Assembly: GCA_030704615.1 (NCBI GenBank)
Contig: CM060733.1
Span: forward strand, 10,974,001-11,038,000
Length of the DNA: 64,000 nucleotides
Direction of reading: 5' to 3'
From: Takakia lepidozioides
Taxonomy: Eukaryota > Plantae > Bryophyta
Shown one piece after another: positions 1-14,000 of this stretch. The translations under genes and the position numbers were made by a program. The notes below the pieces were generated by a model that did no database searches, was not told where the DNA came from, and saw only the letters and a program-made list of their open reading frames with translations. Position 1 is the stretch's first letter, and the number at the start of each line of letters is the position of its first letter.

Positions 1-1875
1 AGTCCATATCATGGTGTCACCCCGCCAGTAAAGCACTTTGGCTACATAGTGGACCTTCTTGGACGTGTTGGACAACTGGATAAGGCAGTGGACCTGATTA
101 ATAAAATGCCAATCAATCCAGATGTTGTGGTGTGGAAGGGCTTGCTTGGTGCATGGCAATGTGGAGATGGCTGAACGTGTGGCAACATCTATCCTCGAGT
201 GGGATGAACAGGATGCCGTGACTTATGTGTTGCTATATCAAACATCTATGTTGTAGCTGACAGGTGGGATGATACTACAAAGGTGAGAAAAATGATGAAG
301 GTCAGAGGGGTTAGAAAGGAGCCAGGTCGCTGCTGCATTGAGGTTGGCAACAGGGTGCACACCTTCGTTGTAGATGACAAGTTGCATCCTAGAATTAAGG
401 AAATCCATGCTGAGCTGAGAAGATTGTCTGGGCAAATGAAATTAAATGGTGCTTTATAACGTCCGCCGGAAGCTCATAGAGCTTATGGGACAAAATGGAA
501 GAAAACATGACAGAGGAACAAATTCAGAAACCACAATTAATGTTCTAGCGATTGTCTAAGGGTGAAGGCCTCGTGCAGGTAGGCTGCCAAGCATTTTTTA
601 TCCTCATAGTGGAAGACATCAGTGAGAGTTTGGGTTCCACTAAATAAATAGTGGAATCTCCCACGGATCTCGTAGTATAGAGGGCAGTAGAAGAAGAAGT
701 GTTCTTCAGTTTCAATTTCCTTACTGCGCCCTATGCAAGCTGGACATAGGTAGTCCTCCCGTTGCAGGTTTTCCCATCTGCCAGTCTCTATCCATAGGTT
801 GTGGGAACCCACCCTGAGGGAAGGAGATAAGAATGCTGAAAGGTAATTTGGTCTCAAGATTCTATCATCGCGGAGCACCAAGAATGTCTCTCGATAGAAT
901 TGGAGCTTTGTCGTGAGATTGGGTAGCTTCCAAGTTTTCTTGACATGTAATTCCATAAGCTCTCTCCTAATGAGTCTGTTGCGGTCATGTCTGGATGTGA
1001 TGTCCACCTCATCTGGATTCATTGGTAATAGGAAAGCAGTAGAAAGTCCGTTACGTTGAAATAAAATGTCCACTCGAGCATACCAGGAGTTCCTGAAACT
1101 TGCAGCTTTGAGCCTCATAGATGTTGTGAGGGCCGTTGCCACGAGCCCCTTGGGTGGAAGGGCCTGTAATCTATGGAGAAAGATTGTACGCCGGAAGAGG
1201 GCCTCGGATTGCAATGGTACACATGCAAACTCTGCACCTAGGATCTGAGATGGAGTTGTGCTCCTGGCGCCAAGCATTGCTTGGAGAAAAAGATGACTGT
1301 AATGGTTCCAAATTCTTTTCCCACCAGGGCAACTTGATAGTGTAGGCTCTCTTTTTGGATCTAATGAGGACTTATAGTGCTTTGAGAGCAAGATTAGTGG
1401 ACTCTAGAGAAGAATTGATATCAAGTAGTAAAGATTTGATGTGTCGTATAGCAATCTTGCATTCCTCATCATAAAATGGTGCATAACGACGAGTGGAGAA
1501 GGGTGAGGAGGTAGATGGAAGGGTGGCAGGAAAGGATCGCAGGGTTGAGTCCCAAAGGGCTTGAGTAAGATGTGTAGCCTTGTCTTTAGGAGATGGTAGA
1601 TGTAGAATGGAGGGGAGGGTTGACGCTAGGTATGTTTCATACTCAGCGTCATGTAAGTGAGAGAAAGGGGTATTAAAGAGGCGGGGTATGTGCCTGACAC
1701 GCGCTTTGTATTGCATGATGTGGAGGAAAGGAATTTTCTCTTTGCCACCACAGTGAGAAGCTGGCCATTGGTTTTGGGTTGATCAACACGACTCATCAAG
1801 AATCTTCGAGTGTTTGGAGACTGCCACACCTCCACCAAACTCATCTCAAAGATTGTTGGCCGAGCAATTGTTGTA
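1..1875 (+). pseudogene. PLS-class PPR protein with E/E+/DYW domains (RNA-editing factor type), 3' part, disrupted by a LINE and truncated inside the DYW domain
   Basis: 1-441 encodes PPR/E motifs (HFGYIVDLLGRVGQL, MPINPDVVVW, YVLLSNIY, GVRKEPG..IEVGNRVHTFV...LSGQMK) with frameshifts. It resumes at ~1675 with [45 protein letters not shown]. The terminal DYW motif is absent. Confidence 0.9.
442..1674 (-). mobile_element. 5'-truncated, internally deleted non-LTR retrotransposon (RTE-X/CR1-like 3' region)
   Basis: ORF 537-1391 has LRVGSHNLWIETGRW, CPAC and ETEEHFFFYCPLY, typical of LINE ORF2 C-termini. It interrupts the PPR frame exactly between QMK and EAGY. Confidence 0.8.
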
Positions 1876-3849
1876 TGTTGGTTCAATTAATATCAATGAA
1901 ATTACACCCAACTAAGGGATAACTTATGTGAATAATGAGAAGACGATATACTTATTGCTCCTCCTTTGGGTGTGAGGTCACTGTCATCAGAAGGATTTGT
2001 AGCAAGCCGTGGTGCAATTGTTGCGCAAAGGGTTGGTATTCTCGTTTCCTCTTTGTGCTGTTGTGGATCTACTGGTTTTTCTCTTTATCTCTCTGGTCCA
2101 GCTTGTAGCTTTAGTTTTTGTTCCTGCACGTTCTGAAGCATTTGGTGATGCATAGTCTTCCAGAACAAGCTCTGATTTTGCTGCCTCGCTGCTGTCAAGG
2201 ATGAGTGGATTTGAGGGCATCTCATCAGGTGTGGAAGTGTTTGCATACTGGGCAGAAAAGGGGGTTCAACTCCCCCTCACTTCTTGGGCATAGATAGATA
2301 GATACAATGAAATATGGAGATGTGACATGAGCGCTTCGGCAACACTCCACCATTCTTCTTTTGAAGAACAATGAAATATGGGATGTATGTATGTAATGAC
2401 CCACCATTCTTTGTGAAAATTGAACGTAGTTCTCAGAATTCGTCGTTAGTAGTGTGGAGCAACGCGAAGCCCTAGTGTCTTTTTGGATTGGCATCAACAG
2501 TAACAATGGACCTACAGTCAGTAGCTCACCTTGTAAAGTGCACTGAGTGCCACCCAGATGACTCTGGGGTCAAATCCTGCTACTTGACGGGTGTGGTACG
2601 CTCTTCTCCCCCTTCCCTGTCCAGGTGTCGCATCGGAAAGCCTTCACGGCGAGGTTACTGAGAGGTTATTTTCTCCTCTCACTATCAAGGGGCCTGATTT
2701 GTGAGCTGTCGCTCCCAGGTGTTTTCTTTTTTGAAAAAACAAAAAAATAAAAATAAAATGGTGCCCCTCACATATGCAACACAGACCCCAAGTATTGGTA
2801 CACAGACTTGGACACTGAGTTGTCTGGACAACAAAGAGTTAACTTACCTCCCTGCAAAATGTCTTTAGCAAGCAACATCTGAGTTGAGTCCCGTCTTCCT
2901 CAATCTGTTGGGCATCTCTTTGTTCAACTTCTTATTTGCTTCAAAAGTATCAACCTGGTATTTGGTGCAGACTGATGACCACCGTTGTCAGTTGTATTCT
3001 CTTCAGAAATAGCTAGAAAAAGACCTTGAACTTTGCTCCTCATCATTTGAAATATGAGAACTTTATATAGCTCAGGTAGCGTGTGTTGTGTGGTTCAGCC
3101 TCGTGCCTATTGTTGCATAGAGCACCTACACGGTATGCGTCACCTGAGTAGATACTAGATACCTGATCCCTGTGACTCGTCTAGTTGTACTCAAATATCG
3201 GATAACTTGTGCCTCATCCTTTAAGTACAAGTTGTTTACAGATATGCATAATACGTACGTGTTGGCTCTGGGCCACATAGCCAGGCGAAACAAGGATCGA
3301 ACATCGCACAATACTTATTACTGCTAATGAGTGCGCCAAGCCTTGGTGGACCTCTCATGATGAAGCGCGGCCAACTTCATCGGGTCTGCCATCTGGTGAC
3401 GGCACGACAAATAGCGGACGTTCTAGGAATCACACTGGAAATCCAGGGGTAAGCTCACATGACAAGTATAATTGCCGGTCGGGCCAGGGAAGCCTTGAGG
3501 AATAGTTCTGACAGTGAATCCTACGCACGTCGTTATGCACCAGTGTTACATCGGTGAATGCAATTAGTCGTAAGCGCAGTTGTTTGTACTTATTGCGTGA
3601 AGTCGATTTGGACATACTCGGCAAGCTCTCAAGATGAAATGACAACTTCGCCTTATAAAATCACAAGATTTGCAGCATCTTATCTAAATTGTTCGTCAAA
3701 AGTTCAATCCAATTTACACCTCAGATTCTCGTTTTGTATACTCCCATTCAGTTCTCGTTGCCTAGGTTGAAGGATAGGCTGCTTTGCTAGCAGTCACGTC
3801 GTTTTGGAGTAGCCTGACAAGATGAACTTTCCGAAAACTACTAAGGAAA

Positions 3850-4045
3850 GAAATTACCCGGACGCATGTATGATTGTTAGAAATGCTGACTAAGATGGAG
3901 GAGAAGATGGGAGGGAAATTACCCGGACGCATGTATGATTGTTAGAAATGCTGACTAAGATGGAGGAGAAGATGGGAGGGAAATTACCCGGACGCATGTA
4001 TGATTGTTAGAAATGCTGACTAACATGGAGGAGAAGATGGGAGGG
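3850..4045. repeat. Tandem repeat, 3 x 65 bp
   Basis: The unit gaaattacccggacgcatg...agatgggagg starts at 3850, 3915 and 3980. Confidence 0.95.
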
Positions 4046-5091
4046 CAATAAATTCAGAATTCTAGACGATGACACTATATGCTGTGTGGAATTAGGACAG
4101 CCTATTGCTCAGTGGTTCAATCGAGGCCATTTATCACGCAAGCAAACAAGTCGTTTACAGCCCTGTGAGTAGTGGACTCACCTTTCGTTAGACACACACA
4201 GCCGACCAGCCTGTGAGGAGCGAGGGCGCCTCCAAATTTTGATCAGCCTCCAGCGACTCTTCATAGAGATTACCGTGACTCTATAAAACTTTTGTAAAAT
4301 TTTGTAACGCTAGTTTTTGCTGTCTAGCGAGATCAGTGAGTAGAGTAAGTACAGTAAGTAGATGGTGCTTCATTTGATCTGTGTTTCTCTACCCATGTAA
4401 CCAAAAGAAATGTGTGTTTTGGTCCGAATGAGAGGATCTAAGGGTGGGGGTAGTGGCGGAGTAGTTGTGGCAGGGTAGCTCAGGCCGTGAGCTTTGAAAT
4501 GGTGTTTCAAGATGGACTGAAGGGCCAGGAGAGAAAGGCAGATGTGCGACTAGATGCAAGGCTGCAGGAGCAGGATGAAGAGGTGTGTCTCTTGGTGTGC
4601 TTCTGTATGAGGTGATCTCATAACTGAACATTTTCCAAGGAGAACAAATCCAGGATTGTCAGCTTTTGGACTAACAGGAGAAAATTCTGACATTGTTTTA
4701 GGACAGTAGTATATGAAGAGGGTAAGCCTATCAATCATGCATGATTCCACCTCATAAGTCACCACAGCTTGATGCTGGGATACAAAGTACCAGTATGCAC
4801 TTGATTGAGGTGAGCACTTGAGAAGATATTATTCATAAAAGATCAGTGTTTTCCTCCACTATGCAAACATACTAACACCCGAGTACAGGTACAGATATCA
4901 TCCACCATGCAATGTGGTCACCAGTAATACCTCACCACATTATTTGCACCTATGAACTAGAGACAGCTTTTGCCTCAATGTCCTAATAGGAAAGAATAGC
5001 CACCCTAGTTCCTAGCTTATGATCACAACAAGGATCATAATGAGAACATTCCTAAATGTTGTCCTCCTGTCCCCTGCAAGAGGCAAGTCAC

Positions 5092-8000
5092 TCACCTACA
5101 CACAGCTGCCACTGCCAAGCTTTTGGCAGTTCCTGGACATGGATCTCCTCCAAATGTCTCGGGCAATAGAGGCAATGCACATTTTTGATATCCTACACAG
5201 ACCTGCAACTCGTAGCCAAAAAACAGAAACTAGTGAGAGGCTTTCTTTCCATACTTTTCACTTGTGACACAGATACTCAACAAGGCGTAATTCCATTCAC
5301 TTGGACTCTTTTGATGATAAGAGCTGTCTGTTGACAACAACTATGAGCTGACCAGGATACTAAGGTAAAGATGTTTGGAGTGGATATGTGGGTGAGGTAT
5401 TGAAGGTCAAAAGGTCACATGACAAGCACAGTTGAGTCAACCAAATTAAGCCCTCTCTCTCACACCTGGAAGAGAAACCAAAAATCATTTGTCCTACTCA
5501 CCTTTTCCACGATGGCAGAAGACTGAGGAGCATGGCAGGAGCCCTCCTGGAAATTGCTACATTCGCCAGAGGGAGTTCCGAAGCTGGCAAAGTTGATATG
5601 TGCAATGTGTTGCCCAGCGCCACATTCTAGCATCAGCAAGGCCTTCTCTGTGGTGTTGATGCTCTCCTGGGCCCAGAAAGCCAGAGGGGCAGGATGTGAA
5701 TCTGAGATGAGGGAACACACTTCCAGTGGAGACCTAGTTGCAACCGATATGGACTCTGGGTCACCTCCCATTTCTTCAATCAACACTAACAAATTGCCAG
5801 TAGGCACTAGCCATGAACGAGGCACGTGAGACCTGCACAAAAATTCCATCATGATCAAAACCCAAAGAGAGAATGGTACTTCATGCATCAAACTAATAAG
5901 CTGCTAAGTAATTTGGGCCCCCATAGCTGAAGGCCTCTGCCAAGGACGAGACATATTTTATAAATAGGAGTGTCTCCCATGCTCTCATCATAATAGCTAG
6001 GGCAAGAACAAGAAAAATTAATTCTCTCCTTTGCTGGTACATACTGGACAATAGTAGCTGATGAGAAGTGCCATTTCATCTACCTGTCTTAATCCGGGTA
6101 CCACCAACTCGGTAGTAAAGCAAGGAGATTTCCTGATGTAAGAAGAGAAATGAAATGAAATGGTGCTTTATAACATCCGCGGAAAGCTCATAGAGCTTAT
6201 GGGACAAAATGGAAGAGAAAAAAACAAAGAAATTATGTTGTCCACACTGGCATGGGACAACAGAATTTACTGATCAGACATTGTTTGCCGTAGCCTTGTG
6301 ACCATAGACCCGGCACGCCCAGTTTGGGCGGAACAAGAGGGAACACACACTACCTTTGTGAGGGGCTCACTCCAGTAGTTGGAATTACCTTGGTATAAAC
6401 AGTTGGTTCGGGCTTTCCAGATTCCCTCTAGAAAGCCCCTCACACAAGCATTAATCTGCTGTGTGTGAGCTGCCCAGCAAATTAGACCCCAACAGGGCCA
6501 GGGCTTTAGGCCCAGCCACAAAATTTTGGTAGTGAACAGGGACTACATTCTTGATGGTCCTGACAGGATCACTCTGTGTTGGGAATACCCCGGACATTGT
6601 ACCAGAAAATGGATTTTGTCCTCAGGCTGCCCACACATCTGGCATGGACAATCTCCCTTCCCTCTCTTCCTTTTTTGTTCAACGGTAGACTCTCAGCCCT
6701 GAGTTTAAATTACAGTCTAGCTCAGAAGGTAGGTAGGGGGGGCCACAGATCATCCTTAAGGTATGGGACAATTGAGAGAGAGAGTACACCAAACAACTGG
6801 AGAAGTCTGAGCAGTGAATTTGGCATCTACCACTGCTGGGAAGGTTGCCCACAATTTGAGCGACACTTGTGTTCATAGTATGGACCCCGATAATCACAAC
6901 CGGAGGCGCATTCTTGTTCTGTTGAAGTGATGAGGGATGGCCAAAAACGGCCCAGGCTGGCTCCATTCACCCACACCTGACCCTTGCCCATGCTGCCTAG
7001 ATCCAGTGCGACTGGATCCTGTCCTCCTGGGGCATCAAATGTTGTCTGCATATATCAGAACTCACTTATTTCAGATGTCAACCTTACCAAAGGTTAACTT
7101 TATCCTCCTTTGGGTATTTATATTTTTGTCTTTTCTCCATCTGTGAATCACCTAATGTAGCCAAGCACACTCGTCCTTACACCTCACTTTCATGTAAAAT
7201 ATTGTATCCTGCTTACCTTGTGTGGTGCTGCTAGTGCAAATCTTGCCAAAGGCTAAGTCAAATACCTGATACCAAACCAGGGGCTCATTTTTCTTGAACG
7301 TTGCTCCAGAGTCCCAGTCCACACTTTGTGCTCCGCTCGCTGTAAACAGGCGTAAAGCTTCGCCTCTCAACCCTATCTGCATGTGTGCAAGATCTGGGTT
7401 GTTCATGATCTGTAAGTAGGCTAGCTCTTAATCTAACTTAATCTCATAGAGTGTAGGAATTGCTTCAATTTGTACTTCCCCCGAGATAGGATTCCTTTTT
7501 TTTGTTCTCAACACATTACTACGTCATTGCAGAGGTTCTAGCATGATTACTACTGATCTCGAAACATATCCCAAGACTGCTTTTGGCTAGAGGGTTTTTC
7601 CCAGCTTAATGGGGATTGGGCCAAGTGTCACATGTAAGGTCAGATTGGAAATCTCAGAGGCTACCTGGCTGCTGTACAATTGCAAGTCTCTGCAATGGCG
7701 AGCTTGGTGTAACTTTTAATCACATCATTGTGATTGTAGACTGGGTGACCTTTGTTTGGTTTGGACGAGATTGTTATGTTTCATATTGTAGTAAGAATTG
7801 TCCTAGCTGAAACAACAACCTCACCCTCCATGCCCTTTATTGTACGTAACACGTTAGTCATGTGAAGCATACACAGACGTTCACTTTATCTATGTAGAAA
7901 AAGGCAGGAGAACTGTGGAATGGGAAGCATTAGGGGAGAGACCTGATAAATCCATGGTTGAGTGGTCAAGTTCCTGACTCCCGATGGGAGGCCTTGCAAG

Positions 8001-11000
8001 GTAACTGAGCCCAAGATGCCTCCTTGCTCTTTCTCAAGGAATGCTCCATAGCCCTTCCCAGCCAAATAAGCCATGTCAAAATTCATCTACCAATCCAGGA
8101 TGTGATAAGTATGAAGATCAGAAATTTAGCCAGTTATTTCCAGTATTCAGAAGAACTTGCAACCCTCTGCTATAGGTTTGTGCAGCCGCTAGCACAGTTA
8201 GGATCACTGTACATATGGCACCCCACGAATATCATCGACATGTCATAAGCAAGGCAACAGGTTGTACCCACCTGCAAGCCTGTTGTCATGGATAGAACCG
8301 CGATCACATTGTTACCAGCATCCAAGGTCAAAGGCTGCTCCAAGTGGATGTCGGTCCCAGTTACACTACCTGTCACACACGAATCATACCTCATTTCAAG
8401 TCAAAAATCTTCCACGCTTACAAGACCAGAACAGATTTTCAGGCAAACAACAGCAAGGTGCAGCACTGATGTCAACCTGCCAGTCGGCCATTCACAAAGA
8501 TGTGAGCAGCATCACGCAGTGACTGCACAACCAATGTTGTAGCCACCCCAGCATCTGCATCTGCTACCTGCACACTGCCCATGCATTCTCTCCTCAGCGC
8601 TCCTCTTCTGCTCACTAATGCCTTTGCCCTCTTTGCCCTCTTATTATGTGTTTGGGATATCAAAGCTCTTAAGAAATTCTTGACATAACAGTTGTATGTC
8701 TATGTTGGTCTACAAAAATATCGACCTGCTGGAGAGAATGTTGAAATCCAGTATAGTTTGGATGTTGTGATTAGATTACCTACCTGGTGGTGTACCATAA
8801 GTAGTCTGTGGAGTCTTTGGTGGTGGAAATCTGCTCTAGCAAACCTTCTGCGGAGAAGGCTCCACCCCAGTCACCAACAGGTTCAGAGTAAGACTTCCAG
8901 CCACCAAGAGGGGAAAGTGTGTCCCCACTCGAGCGTTGCGTTCCCATTAGCACTGTTTGAGATCCCACCTGTCGCAAAATGCAACCCAGTAGCTACTTTT
9001 ACTGGGGAAGTCACTCCACAATTTTCTTGATAGGATCGGCCAATTGGTCGTCTGGACTTGAAGCCTTACAAGACTCATAAAATTGCAGGCCCAGAGTGAC
9101 AGATACAGGCAAGGGGGGGGTCCAGATGTGAGCATTTATTACACCCATGATGCCAAACAGTTTCAGGTACTTCTATTCAGCTCATACGTCATGCATGCAC
9201 AAGGCTGAAAGGAATCTTTCTCAAGTCCAACAGTAAACAATGCTCATTCAAATTTAAGTGAGATTGATAGACGGCTGGATTATTCGCGTACTATAGTACT
9301 TAAGCCAAATTTCTATATTAATTGTCATTGGTTGCCTCTCTTGGTGTAATAAACTAGACATTGCAGTGTTCCATGCTCCTGATGACAATGTGCATTGATG
9401 ATATTATCCAGTAGCCCTGCTTCCAAACATCTATGACTTCATCCATAATAAAATTTCAGTTCCTGCACTCGCTTGTTTTCTATGGCAGGTCAACAGAGGT
9501 GGCTTACACGTGAAAAAGTAGAATGATTTTACGTAATCTTCCTAATTTCACGGGGGATCAGTGCTCATCCGTATCATAAGGATGCAATACATTAACTCAT
9601 AGATGTGACTTATATTTGTACTAGAGCTCTCACCTTGGCAGAATTGAAGGCAACATTCCGACAGTCAGGCAGGATGCTGACGGACCAAGCAGGTAATTGG
9701 TAAGTCTGCCCGTTGAACTGGACGGTGGCATTGTTAGTGATGTCAAAGTTGGACAGAAATGCAGCACATAAACCTGAATTGGTCCCATCACTACCCTTTG
9801 TCGAGCTGTTGTAAATATGGGCCTGCACAACATAGCAGCACCTTCTTAACAGTATGGCTCTCCTATAACTAGCACCATAAAGTCGAAAATAGAGGCCATA
9901 GATTTATGCATGTAAGTGCGAATGAAGGCAAACACATGACACACATCAATAAATTCAGACATATACGGAGAAGCGGTGGGTACTCAAGCAGAGTCCTCGT
10001 TTCTTTTGGAGGGTCTTAGCAATCAAGGGTCACTTAGAAGACAGGCTAGCAACGTAGAGTAGTGCAGCCCCTGCCATATGTCCCATCCACCTTATGAGTC
10101 TTGTGGGGAGAGGTGCAGCAACCAACAGTCAACCTTACAAAGAAATCAAGGCATATAAGCTCTAGTGGCTCATCATCATGATCTCTCTCTCTCCCTCTCT
10201 GCATGCAAGGCTCTGTGGAGATGAAGACCTCTAGGTTGGAGCCAAGTGATATACTGGGAGGCTCGCTATCAACTGCAACCAAAGCTGGCTCACAAAGTTT
10301 AAGAGCTGCATGCAAGTCTTTCAAATGCCCCCACTTGGGTTGCCTCACTTGCCCTGCAAGCAGTGTGCCGGTGGTCAACTCAACATGTATACAGAATACC
10401 CAGAGCTTATAGGTATTCTACAACAAGTAATGATGAAGACTACATCCAAGCATAGCCATAGTACTATTATGCCTGGATATCTTACCGCCATCAGTCTTTA
10501 CACCGGACTGTCTTTTGGGTTGTGTTTGAAGCTGGAGGAAGCTCACCATATTCATCAATGGGAGCATCGTAGTCATAGCTGGTGGTGACTCCCTCAACAG
10601 ATGTGCGTCCAAAGTTAGTTCCTCCATGGTACTGCCAAAGCCAACAGCAACAACTTAAGACCACACAGGATAGAAAGAATCACCTTAGATGGAGTTTGCA
10701 CAAATTACAACATCAGCAGGTCACAACCAGCCCCCATCAGTGACAGACCACTCATTAAGATGCCGAAACTAACTCACTCATTACTTCCCAGTAACAACAG
10801 GCACCAGAGAAAATGTACGAATGGCATTGGAAGCTTATGAACAAGACTAGACCTGCAGATTCCTAACAGAATTATGGGTAGAAAGCTCAATAACCGAAGG
10901 CATCACATCCCCTACCTGGGAAAAGTTTCACACAACCCCCTACCCTGGACTGTCAGGGTACTCACTGACCATGTAATAGTTTTGGAAGCTACCCCCACGC

Positions 11001-14000
11001 TCGAAGAACCGTGCAACACCAAATGCAATATCCTCCACCGGTCTGTGTGGCAAAGCACCTCCCCAGTCATTGAACCTGTACACACTTATATTGTTAGATA
11101 ATCAAAAATTTGGTTTGCAAAGACCTGCTTGAGTATCAACCCAAGAGATGACCAATACGAACTAGGACTTCAAAAGACGGTCCCTTCAATGTTGTTTAAG
11201 AACTCTCAGATTTATCTTAGAAATGTGCAGTGTACAGAACACAAGTTCATCCAGAAACCCAATATTAAGGTTTTCAAGGCAAGGAATCCGAAATACTGTC
11301 AACTCACTCAAACAAAGGGGACGTTGGTGGCACAGCTCATTTGAAATAGTGGCAGACCTACAGAGACCTACCAGCCTGTCCAATTTTCGGTCCACATGGT
11401 TGGCTTTGTATCAGCATTAGGCTTCCAGCCATCGCAATAGAAGCCATTGCATGTATTGATCTGTTCAAGACAAGTGAATACTGCCACATTTGAGCACACT
11501 CTAATCAACCCTCACTCTATTTTCCAAATCAATTCCCAAAGTTGCACACATTGACCTTTTCGAGACCTGAATTGATCTGAAGTAGAATATAATCCACGAC
11601 TATCTCTTGACATCTTGCAGGGTGCAGAATTGGACAAAATTAAATTAAAATTTGTCAGGATGGTAGATTCAAATGGAAGGGACAGTGGAATGGCATACAA
11701 TGGCACCAGGAGCATCAGCTTGTTGGCACATAACCCACGGTACCCCAATGTTCTGGGCCTCTGCCATGTTTGCTGCCCAGTCTATATACCGCTTTGCAGC
11801 TTCACCATATGCGGCATCTATATTTCCATACTCATTCTCAATCTGCACATGTACTCAGTTTCCAGATACCAATCAGCTGTGTCATTGGAAGTTGGGTACT
11901 CATCCGAAAAGTGACGAATCAGCTGTGCATAGCTACCACCAGTGTGCACTGTTTATTTTCTACAGCCGGTGTGTATTCTAAATCAGCTGGACTATTTCTT
12001 GGAACCAAAGCCTGGTCATGAATAGTTGTGCTAAGCCTTAACTTGTTCTTCTTTTTCCATACTAGTCACTAAAAGTAGAAAAGGGAAAGAAAGGTAGTCA
12101 CACCTGGGCTAAAATGATAGGGCCACCTTGCCAAGAAAATAGCTGCTGCTGTTTCATTAGTGTCACAATTTTGGAAACAAAGCTCTGCATGTGGGCCTGC
12201 AGGACATTAACTGTGTCAGATGATTATTTCCATCACCTTGTGGCCCTGCCTGAAAGAGCTGAGTAGCAGATAAGCATGATCGGACTAGAGCAGATTAGGT
12301 TGAAATACATATGAGTTTAGGCTTCCTGATCGTATTTTGGCATGATAACCTCAGTCTACCTAGCAAAGATTCTCACATCTGAATATGAAGTCTTACAAGT
12401 ACAAGGTCCAACACAGTGTAAGTTCAGGGTCAAAGCTGGTAAGGATGTTAAAAGTCAAATTTCATTTGAAGCACAATGGAACAATTATACAGCTGGGCTA
12501 CTTTGGGGCTTGTGTAATGGGAGACCTTGAAGGGTTCGTTGTCTGTTCGGAATTCAATACCTGGAACGAATCGCAACCAATCGGGAAAACCCCTGTGTAA
12601 ACAAACATATTAATCTCTGCATGCTGCCTGCCCTTCTTAGCTGATTATCCTAGCAGTAGCGTAACTTGAGATGATCTGTAGCATGATCTCCATATGTCAT
12701 GGATGCAGTGCAGTAGTTGTTTAATGAAGGTATAAAACTATGGTCAGAAATTGTCTCAATCTGCAACTCAGAGTCTTCATGTACACTTTTATCATCTCCA
12801 ACGCTAATGTACACTTGATGAAAGCTGGTAGGTTAGGAATAAACCGGCATATCGAGTTGCAATGCAAGAACATCGTGAGAAAGAGCATGGGACCATGATG
12901 TTAACCCGGTAAAAACTACACTGGTGGTAGGAATGGAAAGTTTTCAAACCCAAAGTTCCACTCGGCACAGACATAAGGGCCAATGCGCAAATGGAGATAC
13001 AACCCAGCTTCCTGCACCAGCTTCACAAATCCTGGCAAGTCGTACCTCCCCGAAAAGTCGTACTGCAACCATCCCGCCCTCAATTAGTCGTTAGAAATTA
13101 CTACCCACATGAACCGCCTCCTCTTAGATCCACCCAGGAATGACTACATATGATAGGATGCCGCTTCAAGTGTGCAACTTACAAGGGGTCAACATTAATT
13201 AAGAAGCTGCTTTTTCCAGATTTCATGTAGTATTACATACACGAATATACAAAGATGAAAAGAAAGTTCCTGCAAAACCTATGAAATATAGACTATGATA
13301 CAGTCTGAAATCAACAATGAAAACGAGCCTAGTAGGTATTCAAACATTAAAATGAACTTCGGAGTACTTTCCACTTGTTTCCATGCGAACAAATGTCTTG
13401 AAGGAATCCTCCGAGGAGGAAGAAGAGTTTCTCCGAGGTTCTTCCTACTGGGAGGGTTCCTTCAAGTCGAAACAAGTGAAAAGTACGAGCCGGACTTCTA
13501 CTCGGAGGGTTCCTTATGATGAGTAAATCTGTCCCTTTCTCCTGGGGCCCTTTCCTCCGGCTCGACAAAATGAATGTTGTTCAAAGCAATCGGTCGACGG
13601 AATCTTGAGGAAGGATTAAACATGTGCGTAATACTAAGTGAAACGAAACATCTCGGGAAAGATTCTCAGAGCTCGTAGAAGAAAGAATCTCCAGAGTGAA
13701 AGAATGAGTACATACCGTCCCACTGGTAGGCTCGTGTACACTCCAAAATACATAGGTTTCTATGACATCCAGTCCACCTTCTTTGGCTTTGTCTATCAAA
13801 TCTGGCCACATCTGCAAGGAAAACACTGTTCCGTCTAAGCCAAATTTGCAAGCTCTGCTCAACAGTCAACGTACAAGTCCGTGTTTACAGGAGAGCAGAC
13901 AAGTTCGATTTCCTCGTGCACTGTCGGTCCCAGGCTACTTTGCAAATTCCAAGAAGTACTAGGAAAGATAGTTCAATAAATTGAAATCGAACATCAAATA

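Noticed and set aside
1876-2499. Possible solo LTR (tgttgg...tcaaca) truncating the DYW domain
   Set aside because: The ends are suggestive, but there is no matching 4-6-bp TSD and the DYW frame does not resume afterwards.
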